The position numbers and the translations under genes are program-made. From positions 1-37,670 of the forward strand of contig JAHLWZ010000524.1 of NCBI GenBank assembly GCA_020536535.1: a DNA stretch of 37,670 nucleotides, read 5' to 3'. The notes under the pieces were generated by a model. It did no database searches. It saw nothing but the letters and a program-made list of their open reading frames with translations, and had not been told where the DNA came from. This DNA comes from Pelomyxa schiedti (Eukaryota > Protista > Evosea). Positions within the stretch are counted from its first letter, which is position 1. The number at the start of each line of letters is the position of its first letter. Shown in pieces: positions 1 to 11,397 of this stretch.

Positions 1-614
1 CAGTTGAGCTTGACTGCACTCCCAAAAATTTCCTCCAGTTGCTTCTCCAAAGGAACAACAACGTTCGCATCGTAGTGCAACCATTCGGGTGTGAGCATTG
101 CCTCTGTTTCGTATTTTCCCAGGCATGGACACAGGTCAGCATTTGGTAAACTTTAAAAGGTCACCAACAGCGATGTCATTAAGGAAATAGATACAGGTCT
201 TCTTGAGAGTCATCCATGGTGTACATATCAATCACGGTGGTTGTTGTGCCACCACCAGCGCCAGGTGGGTACAACCCATCACAAAATGCCTGAGAGTGAT
301 TTAAACAGCGAACAGGAGAGACAATGGGAGGGTGGTTGGGGAGGGGGTGCATGGGCGGACCATGGCAGACTGCTTTGTCCTCGAGTCGGAATCGTATCTC
401 ACAAACACATCACCGGGATTGTGCTTTGGTGGCAAAAACTCAAGGTCATCGACGAAATAGCTCCGCATTGCTTCTCCGAGCTGTTTGCACTGTGTATTTC
501 CGATGTCGGTGAGCTGGGCTGGGTGATTAACAGAATGCAAATTAGGTTGTGACACTGAATTTCCAATAAATAAATAAATTGGCTGACCCTTTTCACAATT
601 TCCGGGCAGTGCAT
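1..614 (-). CDS. Histidine acid phosphatase paralog (copy C), internal fragment; 5' part lost in the gap, 3' part beyond window start
   Basis: Near-identical to 6893-7505 and 12307-12923, which lie inside full genes with RHGDRxP and HD motifs; encodes QLTDIGNTQCKQLGEAMRSYFVDDLEFLP. Confidence 0.85.
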
Positions 615-714
615 NNNNNNNNNNNNNNNNNNNNNNNNNNNNNNNNNNNNNNNNNNNNNNNNNNNNNNNNNNNNNNNNNNNNNNNNNNNNNNNNNNNNNN
701 NNNNNNNNNNNNNN
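615..714. other. Assembly gap (100 N)
   Basis: Exactly 100 N; the flanks belong to different genes (acid phosphatase left, TLDc domain right). Confidence 0.98.
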
Positions 715-2323
715 TCTCAACAAATACCTTTGCAATGACAAGTGTTGGGCCCATTTGGTCACATGCTCCATGAAAGTTCCTTGGGTGGTTGTCACTTGTT
801 GCCCTGAAACGCATCTTCCCAACATTTAGTCCCAGCGCTTCTCTCAACTTGCCATCCAACAAACCTTCTGCGTGTTCTGTGTGTCCCACAATTTAGACAA
901 GTAGAACAAACGGGGCGACGTATCGCAAACCGGTGCAAGCAGTTGTGGCCGCCATCTACTGTCACAAAAGAAATTTTTTTCTTTTTCCCAACTTGATGAC
1001 ATGCCGATTTCTCTGAATCATCAACCTGCTGGCTTGTTTTAAACAACAGTAATAGGGTTCTAGTCTTTGATGATGTGTTCCAGTTCCCAGGACACATTGC
1101 AGTCAGCCATTTTCCCTGACTTGGTGAAGCCCAACCTCTGAGCCTCTTTGAACAGCAATTTGAAGGTGTTCAGTGTCTTGGCTCTGTCAGAAATGTCCAC
1201 CTTATCGAACTTAGTAAGTGAAACACGGTTTGGTCAGAAGGAAAGCAGCAACACACTTGAATAAAAGGGCAGTCTAGCTGCTTGGCACATTCTCTGGCCT
1301 CTTTTTCCACACCTGTAGAAACTGACTTTGTTGAGGTGTATTTGTAGGGTGCATCCATTCTAGCACAGCGGATGGACGCTATTACAAATGGCACTTTCGA
1401 TATGTCCACATGGGTGCATTCTTCTGACCCAACATCGATAATACTTACATCACCATAGTCGAATTTCTTTTCAGTGCGAGTGACACTCTGCAGAGTTAGT
1501 TGGTAAGTTGAGTCTGTTTTTTTTTTAGCAAACCTTTTGCCTCTGAGGGAGTATTGTGAGTCGCAAAGTTTTCTTCAGGAATTCCCAGCTTTCAGAGTTT
1601 CCTTCTTCATGCCAGAACACAAATGCCTCGTGGTTGAGAGCATCGATTTTTGTTAAGTATACATCCCCCTGCGGTTCAACAGTTGGAATTCTTCCCGTGG
1701 CTCCCTGCATTTCGTCCACTATTGACAGCAGCATAGAATAAACAAAGCGTAAGTACACACAGTGTAGTGCCGAGAGAGCCGGAGAGAGTATTTACATTAT
1801 ACTATTCATAATTACTTATTTTTATGAGCATGACCCACACACACTAACACACACTAACACACACACACACACACTAACACACACTAACACACACACACAC
1901 TAACACACACACACTAACACACACACACTAACACACACACTAACACACACACACTAACACACACTAACACACACACACTAACACACAAGAGTAGTCCCAC
2001 AACTGCATGCTGTCATCTTCCAAGGACAAGTACTCATAAGTGTAAACAGGCACGCCGCCAGGTTCCCAATCAGGCCCGCGGTGCCTCCCAACCAACGGCG
2101 ACACCCCGTTTGCGTTGAAGGGCTGCACCCCGCGCGAATTCGACCGCATCTGGACCCACACAGGGTCGGTCAGGAACCTCCATGAGTAGCCAACAACAGC
2201 CGTCCTCAGGTTACTGATCCTGGGGGTGCTTGTTGTTGTTTGCGGTGATGTCTTCCTCTCGATGCCACGTAGTGCAGCGGAAGTTGGACTGCTTCCGTCG
2301 TTTTCGCTCCAAGACCCACCCAT
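715..2323 (-). CDS. Multi-exon protein: N-myristoylation motif, degenerate Ras-like (pseudo-GTPase) domain, C-terminal TLDc domain; truncated by gap
   Basis: Starts MGGSWS (MGxxxS). Ras-fold-like segments in order: LRTAVVG, SMQLWDYS, EAFVFW..SESWEFLKK, KVPFVIASIRC, EKEARECAKQLDCPFIQ, TFKLLFKEAQR. TLDc signature FRATSDNHPRNFHGACDQMGPTLVIAK at 730-815. Confidence 0.6.
1836..1987. repeat. Compound microsatellite (CA)n interrupted by CTAA, intronic
   Basis: Repeated ACACACACTA-type units with variable CA number. Confidence 0.95.
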
Positions 2324-2582
2324 CTGTTGATCAATCAATCAACTGCCGAAAAAAATCTGGACACGAACCACAGTGTGGGTGAGATAACCATGAAGAAAAA
2401 AAGGGGATTCTCCCGAACGAATGGTGTGGATTGGTGTTGTGTTGGTGGTGTTAACACCGAGCACCAACAGAAAGCTAGTTGCAGGGCGAATTGTGGGATG
2501 GTTTTTTTTTTTGTACCCAGGTAGATGATGGGTGTAGGGGATACGGTATTTGGCAGGCTATGGTGGTGGAGTTTTGGGTGTT

Positions 2583-5500
2583 TCAGGGGGAACTTTTTTT
2601 AGCTGAGAGAAGACCAAAGAGCCACTCCAGCCCTTCATAGAGTCCTTCCCCGGTTGTTGCGGTACAGGCCTGACAGAACCAAATTGGGTGTGAGAACATT
2701 GGAAGATAGTGCAGCCCAAGACGCTTTGCTATTTCTGGTGCCGGAAGGGCTGTTGGCAGGTCCTGTTTGTTTGCTGTAACAGTGTTAGTTTAGTTTGTGG
2801 CACCCTGAATTCCGCAGAGAATATATGGTACCGAAAATCAGAAACGGGATTCCGGAAAGTGTTGGCTCTGCTGCGGTCTGAGGATGCAACTTAGATGAAA
2901 GGTAATAATGTTATTTTACCAGGAATATCTCGCGTTCGGCTTCCGCAAGACGGCCAGGATCACCACTGTCGATCACCCATATAAAAGCTGATGTATTCAT
3001 ATAATCTTTTGGAAGCTTAGGCAAATATAAATTGAGGGAATGGAGATACGCACAATGCCGCCATAGAGGACGAATTTTATCTTCTGCATGCACAAGCAAA
3101 ATGTGAGCATTATTATTATCTTGTTGATTTGGGCACAAAACCTCCACCCACATCCTGTAAGTGTTATTTGGCGGGCAACTACTTCACTGAAAACAACTTA
3201 CCCACACTGTCCAAGCAACGTTTTTGTATTCCACGACTTCTACATCTTTGATTTGCCTCAGAAATTAAATGTGGAGTGAAATAAATGAGGGGTATACTGA
3301 ATCCAACAGTTGGAATGGTTGTGAGAATCTCCCCAAGGTGGAGCTTGTACAGCATAGTAGTCTTTCCTGGGTTATAGTTAGGTTACGAAGAGTAAATCGT
3401 GGGTAAGGAACCGGCAGCATCCAGTCCGTTCATAATAAGTCGGAACGGGGTAGTGAAAGTGTAATTCGGAACAAAAGGAGCAAATGCGCGTGATAACCAA
3501 GATAAGACACCACCGGAACCTGTTTTGACAGTATTCCGTGCTTCCCTGTAGAGCTTTAGCTAACTGAAGTAAAAAGTAAAATGTACACAGAACAGCATGC
3601 CAGTTTAGAAATGGTGATCCCTTTGTCACGAGCCAAAGAAAAGAGTTTCTTCCAATTTCCTTTGCAACTGAGTTCAAAGTAAGGGAAAACTGGAATGTAA
3701 TTGGATGTGAAGTACTATGAAATACTTGCAACAGTTCCTATTCTTAATGCTTCTTTGATTTTTGGGCCCCACTCCTCTTTAGTAAAGACTTCCTTCCAAA
3801 GGTCGTTGTCTGAACAAAGAGTGCACAAAGTCCGGCACGTCTGTGATAGTCTAGCCAGAGACTCCGCATCCAGGTATCCAAGGATCTGGCTTTTAAGGAC
3901 ATCTTTGAATGTTAAAAGACATGGAAATAAAAAGTCTTACTACATAATTTCAGCTGATAGAGAACCAAAATGCCCTTGCATTTGTTGGTTGGGTGTGAAA
4001 AGAGGTAGCAATACCTAGAACAACAGTTCCAGATGACGAAGGACGAGTGAAAACGGGAACTGGTTTCGAAGCAGCAATGATGCATGCCGAGAACAGCCAA
4101 CCACATGCAACTTTAAAGATTCTCCTGTTTTCCAATGCAGATACAACTGTTGGGGCATTCCTGTTGACGAGGTCACCCAGACCTGTAAAACATAAGTTGG
4201 ATAATGCAATTTGGTGGGGTAGTGAGACCAAGTTGTCCATAGTTATTGGCACCCCAACTGTACATGGAACCTGTATCCGCAAGCACTGCAATTGTGTGTC
4301 CTTGCCCATAAGCTCCCCCTGCTGCAATTTGTTGAACCCTGGCTATTGTGGACAGACCAAATACCACAAGAGTGGGGGTGTTGCGTGGTGTGTTGTCTCC
4401 AGTTCCAAGTTGCCCGGATTTATTGTCTCCAAATGTGTATAAAGCCCCTATTTCAGTTACAACTGCTGTGTGGTTGTCACCGCATGCCACTTGAGTGACT
4501 CTTAGTCCCTGTGAAGGAAAGAAATCAACAGGTACAGGAACAGATGATGCAGTCTAAGAAGCGAGGTCAGATTGTAGAGTTGAACATGGGAGCAAACCAA
4601 ATCTTCTAATCCTGAAAATATAGGTTAAAAAGGAATCCTCCCACTACATAAAAATATATTGGAAATCAACCAAGTTGGCCAAGGCTTCCAGAACCCCATG
4701 TATACAAAAGCCCACTTTTGGACACAGCAGCACTGTGCTTCCCCCCTCCTGCAACAGCCGAGATTTGAATTGATGGGACATCAAATTTGCACCACGTCAG
4801 CCGGTCTCTGGAGGTCAAATCAAAAAGCTACAAGAAAAGCTGAAAGAGGACCTGTCAACTGTGTCACCAATGCCTAATTGACCTTTGTCATTGCACCCCA
4901 TTGAGTAAGCTTTTCCGTCGAAAATAGCTAAGGTGTGGAGGCTTCCACAGGAGAGACCATCGTAGCGGTAATCTACAAAAAGGAAGAAAGTCAAATGAGA
5001 AGAGGTGTGAAGGAAATCATACCCCAGTTTGGGGGTGCAACCCGCTTTGGGTAACAAACTATTGGCCTCATTGTAGTTCCCCATGTCAATGGGAGAGAAT
5101 CCTCCTCATTTTTTGGAAGTTCATAAACACTCATATTGGCATTATTTGTAACTGCCCAGGTGCTCGTAGCCCCACAGCTTAGCCTGCAGGTTGTACGTGG
5201 CAAAAATATAAGCAATAAGTGGTATAAGTATAGCACTACATTCTTACACTCGTGTGACAGAACCACTGAGGTCTTGGAGAAGAGTGCATACCACCCCAAG
5301 TCATCACTTCTCCACTGCAAATTGCAGCCATGTGACTGTACATCCCACCCCAACCAGTAAGGTGCATCCATACTTGTTTCATTCCATTGTTATTTGAGTG
5401 GGTGATATACCTTCCTCCACAAGCCACATCCTGAGGCCTGAATGGCAACAGGTCACCCACAACTGTGGGCACACTCACAACTCCTTCCTATGTCACAAAT

Positions 5501-5716
5501 AAAAATAAATAAACCAAAATAAGTTGTTAGACAACGACGAAGAGAGAGTTGGTTATGTGATTATGGGTTGCGCCACAAAGAGGGACCCATAATTGAGGCA
5601 CGCACCTCCTTGCCGCGCCCCAGCTGGCCATGGTGAGCACAACCCCACGTCAGCAACTCAGTCCCAACTGACGCTGTTGAGGATCCCCCTTCGTCATCTA
5701 AACGACCCCCATTCAT
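2583..5716 (-). CDS. RCC1-repeat / F-box / ARF-family GTPase fusion protein (multi-exon)
   Basis: RCC1 repeats ([55 protein letters not shown]); F-box [39 protein letters not shown] (~3790-3975); ARF motifs [55 protein letters not shown]; TGA at 2583-2585. Confidence 0.8.
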
Positions 5717-5925
5717 TCTATATCAAAAAAGTACTTGGGTTGGTGTTGCTTCTGTTTCGCTTATTTTGTTGTTTGGTTTCAACGTGGCCCTTCGTTCTCT
5801 TTGAAGTGTTAGCTGAAAAAAGAAAAAATGATGATGAGCCCATCAGTTCCAAAGTACATTTTTGGGTTGTTGGCAAAGGTGTGGGTGTGGGATACACACT
5901 GCCCGCTGTTGTTGGCGGAATCAGT

Positions 5926-7983
5926 TTATATGCGGCACTGTGCTGAACATTGTTCCTCTGTTGGGATGAGAGACTGTGCCACCTTGGTGAACCTGAATGT
6001 GATTGAGTGGGTGAGTGTCAATTTGTTGGTTGGGAAGAGAGGGAGGAGCAATTCAAACAAAAAGCAAACAGCACGCACTTGTTGAAGGTGCAAGCCTGCC
6101 ACTCGGGAGTGTCGAGGCAATCCGGCAGAGACATCTGTTCGCCATTGTACACAACTCGCACGTAAAGGGTGCCTGTGTTTGTGTTAGCTCGTGGAAAGCA
6201 GTTTGATAGTCGTCAGTTTGACGACGAGGAGTTGAGTACCGTTGACATCGAAAAGCTCAAAGAGGATGTACGCCGCATACTTCGGCCACAGTTGGTCCCA
6301 AATTCCAAACATGCTCAGGAAAACCTCCACACTTGAGTCGTGAGCCTGCGTTTTAAATCATTCGAGTTGAGAAACCGGAAAATGCGAACGATACCGAGTA
6401 GAGTGACAGCTTTGGCTGGGTGTCTCCATCCACAACAGATTCCATTTGGTCGAGAATATCTCCCAAAAGCAATCCTGGTGACACGGAATGAGTTGCGAAG
6501 TGATTTCAAATGACACAAAGACACACCCATTGCAACTCTTCCGTAAGTCTGTGGATCCGGGAACGATAATTTTGTGACATCTTGCCACAGAACCGCTTCA
6601 AATACCTTTTTTCCTTTTGGTGAATATATTTCACATGACAAGGGCTCCAGTGAGAAAGAATACTTGATTAAAGAGATCTAAGTGCTTGGTAAGATTCTCA
6701 ACACAACACACAAGAGTCAAAACCTTCTGTCAACCCATCAGGAAGGGGAATGTTGTGGCATTCTCCAGACAATCCGCAGTCTCTAAAGAAGGCATGAGTA
6801 TTCAATCGGCGTTAATAATGTAGACAGCACACTCGATGTCTGTTTTGGTTGGAAAGAGGTGAGTCATCGAGAAAGAATGCGGAATTCACTCACAGTTGAG
6901 CTTGACTGCACTCCCAAAAATTTCCTCCAGTTGCTTCTCCAAAGGAACAACAACGTTCGCATCGTAGTGCAACGACTCAGGTGTGAGCATTGCCTCTGTC
7001 TCGTATTTTCCCAAGCATGGGCACAGGTCAGCATTTGGTGAACTTTGAAAGGTCACCAAGAGTGATGTCATTAAGAAAAAAAATACATGTCTTCTTGAGA
7101 GTCATCCATGGTGTACATATCAATCACGGTGGTTGTTGTGCCACCACCAGTGCCAGGTGGGTACAACCCATCACAAAATGCCTGAGAGTGATTTAAACAG
7201 CGAACAGGAGAGAAAATGGGAGGGTGGTTGGGGAGGGGGTGCATGGGCGGACCATGGCAGACTGCTTTGTCCTCGAGTCGGAATCGTATCTCACAAACAC
7301 ATCGCCGGGATTGTGCTTTGGTGGCAAAAACTCAAGGTCATCGACGAAATAGCTCCGCATTGCTTCTCCGAGCTGTTTGCACTGCGTATTTCCGATGTCG
7401 GTGAGCTGGGCTGGGTGATTAACAGAATGCAAATTAGGTTGTGACACTGAATTTCCAATAAATAAATAAATTGGCTGACCCTTTTCACAATTTCCGGGCA
7501 GTGCATTTCTTCCGAACATGTAATGTTCTCTGTACACCCGAGGAATTGATGGTTGCGTGCCTCCTATGGTCATATCTGGGTCTCTGTGAAACAGTGTTAA
7601 AGCATCGATAAGGGGAAGGATATCAAAACGATAGTTGTGTCAAGGTGCAGTTCCAGACATCGTCATAACCAGGCCAACATGGTGTGTGCAGAGGGACTCT
7701 GTCCCCGTGCCTCGTGACCACTTGGGAAAATATTAAATTATGGAAACAGTCAAGCATTGAACAGTGGATTTGATCGGGTACATACAAACAGCGAACTTTG
7801 TTGTGGCGTTGCGGGCAGGGTTATCAGGAGGGCCTGTTTGTCCGTCCGTTGATCCGCAATAGTAACTGTACGGCGCCCCCTTGAGGTACTCATTACAATA
7901 CATAACAACAATGTCGTTTAAAAAACCTTTGCGGAACCAACAGCGACAACTCCAACCAAGCACACCAACACAAACCACTGCAT
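5926..7983 (-). CDS. Secreted/lysosomal histidine acid phosphatase (branch 2), copy A
   Basis: Signal peptide MQWFVLVCLVGVVAVGSA; spliced catalytic motif LVTRHGDRVP (~7700); LYSAHDSS (HD motif); C-terminal YVRVVYNG...EQCSAQCRI*. Confidence 0.9.
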
Positions 7984-8059
7984 CCCAATCCTTTTTTTTG
8001 TTATAATATGAGAAAGAAATTCGGCTCTTTCGAAGACACCAGCAGTGACAACTCGGCAG

Positions 8060-8075
8060 GGGAGTAATGCCAACA
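8060..8075. promoter_or_regulatory. Conserved upstream element GGGAGTAATGCCAACA
   Basis: Identical 16-mer ~80-100 nt upstream of both phosphatase ATGs (also 13490-13505) in otherwise diverged flanks. Confidence 0.5.
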
Positions 8076-8162
8076 GTTGCAGCTCAAACTCGGTCGACTG
8101 AGAGCAGTTTGTGATGATCGCTACGAATTTCGTCATCAGCTGGCAAGAAACCTACACCAAAC

Positions 8163-9644
8163 ATGCAGCTCGACAACGACGAGTGCTTGGTGCTTCCGAG
8201 ATACTCCTCGGAAAAACTTAACATGTCGACATGACGTGGAACGTCACGGCGTCCAGCCAAATGCTGCAACTACTTCTCCCGGGGCGCGGGACGTACGTCA
8301 CAAAAACAGGTGCAACTGCAACAACAAAAACAAGCCCAACCCTAGAGAACAAGGGCAAAAGCAACAACGTGAGTTGCATCAGGCGTTGTTGTTATTTGGG
8401 GATTCTGCCACAATGGGTGTTGGACTGCATTGGGAAAATGTGGGTGATGAGGCCTGAGAGGAGGCTTCTTGTTCTTCAGTGTGAGCCCAACACTGAGCCT
8501 TGTGCAGGAGCCTGTTTGGATCAAACTGATGAAAGCTGACATGTTGGTTGGGTGGCTGGGTGGCAACAAGTTCATCACAAAAGGGTTTCCTGCATCACAA
8601 AAGAGGTACAGATTCAATGTAAGTGAGATATCAAAGGCCCATATTGGCATCTGGAGTGACGTCGACTATCTGGACATAATGGCATGGAAAGTGTGCTGCA
8701 ACAAGGAGTGGATTGTATTGTCTGGTGCGTACACTGGTGAGGAAAAAGCTTCAGAGAGTGATGATACACCTGGGCTGTTTGTGTATAAGGTGGCAAATGC
8801 GCAACTGCTGCCAGACTACACTGCACTGGAGTACCCATGGGCCAAATCTGTTCTGTGGCTCAGATTTGTCAGCTTCAGTGAGTACGAGGCTGAGTCTGAT
8901 GTTGTTGAGGCAATTTTCACTGAGCAAAGGAGCACTGACCTGTTCTTGTGTGTTGTTCACATTTACCTGAAGGAATTGCGTCTTGTGGGGGACAGGGCAC
9001 CACACACATTTTTCATTGGAGAAGTCAATCTGACAAAGATGGGAATAAAGGAAGATTCAATCAGGAAGCCACTGGTGCTTAGGTCTGCTGGGATTTATTG
9101 TTTCATTCTTGATGATGGAAGTGGCCCCATCATGGCGTTGGTTTTGAGCCCCAGGACCAGCAACATCATAACATTGGTTGAAGATTGTAATTCTATCTTC
9201 TCCCTTGACGCTGTTGATGACTCTCACCTCTGCATTACAAATTCAGAGTCCTCAGTTGCATCAGTTTATTCACTCTCTGACCTGTTGTCCTCTCCTTCTT
9301 CTTGTCCACCATCACCATTATTACCATCATCAGGATCCATTTTTGGCCAACACATCCCATGCCACAACCAGTTGTTCAGGGAAGGATCACATGTTAAGGC
9401 AGGTGGTGGGCTCATCATCATCAGTTCTCATTTATGGAAGAACCCCACAAGGTGCTCAAGGCCAAGGTTCTCAAAAACAGAGCCAACGGACCAAGACAAC
9501 TTCGCTCCCCCTTCTTTGAAGGTGCGCCATCAGTTCGTCGACGGCACAACAGAAGGGTTCCTGTTCACGATTATGATGCAAAACGACTGCCAATGCATTC
9601 CAAGTGTAATGCCTGTTTCTTTCCGTGCAAGAATGTTGTTTTGA
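8163..9644 (+). pseudogene. Disrupted paralog of the 9771-11288 unknown-family gene
   Basis: MQLDNDECLVLPR aligns with MQTNDEEFLVLPR; frame shift near 8229 gives TGA at 8232; 53-bp deletion at ~8467 shifts frame again; the remaining 391 codons are open and clearly homologous. Confidence 0.7.
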
Positions 9645-9770
9645 AAATTATTGTCGTGTGTGGTTTGTTGAGTGGCTGTTAATCGGGACTTTTTCCAATT
9701 AGTTAGGATCTACACTTGTTAACCAGTTACCAGAAATCAAACAGCTTAGTTAAGTTTAAAACCACCAAAC

Positions 9771-11288
9771 ATGCAGACCAACGACGAGGAGTTCTTGGTG
9801 CTGCCGAGAGTCACCTTTAACGAGTTGAATATGTCAATTACGTGCCACGTGACTGCGTCCAGCCAAATTCTGCAACTGCTTCTCCCCAGTTCCTACGTCA
9901 CAAATGCAAGTGCAGCAAATACAACAGAGAACGCGACACCCAAAAACAACAACGTGAGTTGCCTTAGGCGGCGTTGTTATTTGGGGATTCTGCCACGTTG
10001 GGTGTTGGTGGACTGTATAGGGAAAATGTGGGTGATGAGGCCTGAGAGGAGGCTTCTTGTTCAAGGGCTAGCTCCACACACTAGGGAGTGGAATGAGGGA
10101 GGGGCTCACTTGTTCTTCAGTGTGAGCCCAACACTGGGCCTTGTGCAGGAGCCTGTGTGGATCAAACTGATGCAAGCTGGTATGATGGTTGGGTGGCTGG
10201 GTGGCAACAAGTTTGTCACAAAAGGGTGGGGGTCAGGCCGGAAGGGGTACAAGCACTCTCTATCTGAGATGTCAAAAGTCCGGCTGGACTCCTGGAATAG
10301 CAGTGAGTCTCTGGATCCAACAGCATGGAAATCGTGCTGCAACAAGAAGTGGATTGTTTTGTCTGGCCTGACTTATAGTGGGGAGGAAGCTTCAGAGCCT
10401 GATGAGCCTGCGTTAATTGCGTATAAGGCTATAGGGGCACCACTGTTGCCTGGCTATGTGATGGGGTATACATGGAGCAATTCTGTTCTGTGGCTCAGGT
10501 TTGTAAGCTCCAGTGAGTACGACCTTGAGTCTGACTTTGCTGAGGCAATTTTCACTGAGCACAGGGGCACTGACCTGTTCTTGTGTGTGGTTCACATTGA
10601 CCTGAAGGAATTGGAAATTGAAAGTGTCAATGCACCAGAGGCGAAATTTGTTGGAGCAGCTAATCTGACAAAGATGGGAATCAAGGAGGATTCAATCAGA
10701 AAGCCACTTGTCGTCAGGTCTGCTGGGATTTATTGTTTCATTCTTGTTGATGGAAGTGGTTCCATCAGGGCGTTGGTTTTGAGCCCCAGTACCAGCAACA
10801 TCATAACACTGGTTGAAGATTGTAATTCTATCTTCACCATCGGCGCCGTTGACGAATCCCACCTCTGCATTACCAATTCAGAGTCCTCAGTTGCGTCAGT
10901 TTATTCAGTCTCTGACCTGTTGTTGTCCCCATCCTCTCCTTCTTCTTCTTGTCCACCATCATCATTATTACCATCATCAGGATCCATTTTTGTCCAACAC
11001 ACCCCATGCCACCATCACTCCTTCAAGGAAGGCTCACACGTGAAGGCAGGTGGTGGGCTCATCATCGTCAGCTCTCATTTATGGAAGAACCCCACAAGGT
11101 GCTCAATACCAAGGTTCTCAAAAACCGAGCCAGCGGACGATGACAACTTCCCTGCACCTTCTTTGCACTTGCGGCACCAATTCGTCGACGGCACAACAGG
11201 AACCCTCCTGTTCACAATTCTGATGCACGACGACCACCAGTCCCTTCCAAGTGTAATGCCTGTCCCTTTCCGTGTGATGTTGGTATGA
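9771..11288 (+). CDS. Intronless 505-aa protein of unknown function (lineage-specific family)
   Basis: Long ATG-initiated ORF; homology with the adjacent paralog is maintained at the amino-acid level. Confidence 0.8.
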   Translation: MQTNDEEFLVLPRVTFNELNMSITCHVTASSQILQLLLPSSYVTNASAANTTENATPKNNNVSCLRRRCYLGILPRWVLVDCIGKMWVMRPERRLLVQGLAPHTREWNEGGAHLFFSVSPTLGLVQEPVWIKLMQAGMMVGWLGGNKFVTKGWGSGRKGYKHSLSEMSKVRLDSWNSSESLDPTAWKSCCNKKWIVLSGLTYSGEEASEPDEPALIAYKAIGAPLLPGYVMGYTWSNSVLWLRFVSSSEYDLESDFAEAIFTEHRGTDLFLCVVHIDLKELEIESVNAPEAKFVGAANLTKMGIKEDSIRKPLVVRSAGIYCFILVDGSGSIRALVLSPSTSNIITLVEDCNSIFTIGAVDESHLCITNSESSVASVYSVSDLLLSPSSPSSSCPPSSLLPSSGSIFVQHTPCHHHSFKEGSHVKAGGGLIIVSSHLWKNPTRCSIPRFSKTEPADDDNFPAPSLHLRHQFVDGTTGTLLFTILMHDDHQSLPSVMPVPFRVMLV

Positions 11289-11397
11289 ACAATTAATAAA
11301 GGAAGAGAAAATGAGGCTGCTTAGGTAGGTTGTTCCTGAAACATGGTTTGAAGTTGCGGTGTTTTGAGTGTTGGGTGGTTGTTGTAGTCGTTTGTAT

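Noticed and set aside
1-614. Copy C as a recombinant mosaic of copies A and B
   Set aside because: Sites where C matches A are explained by private mutations in B; a simple ((B,C),A) tree fits.
301-825. ORFs reading through the N-gap suggesting a TLDc-phosphatase fusion
   Set aside because: Artefact of translating 100 N; intact phosphatase copies have their own signal-peptide exons.
7595-7635. TATCCTT on the minus strand as a U12-type donor
   Set aside because: It is internal to a GT-AG intron whose normal boundaries restore the reading frame.
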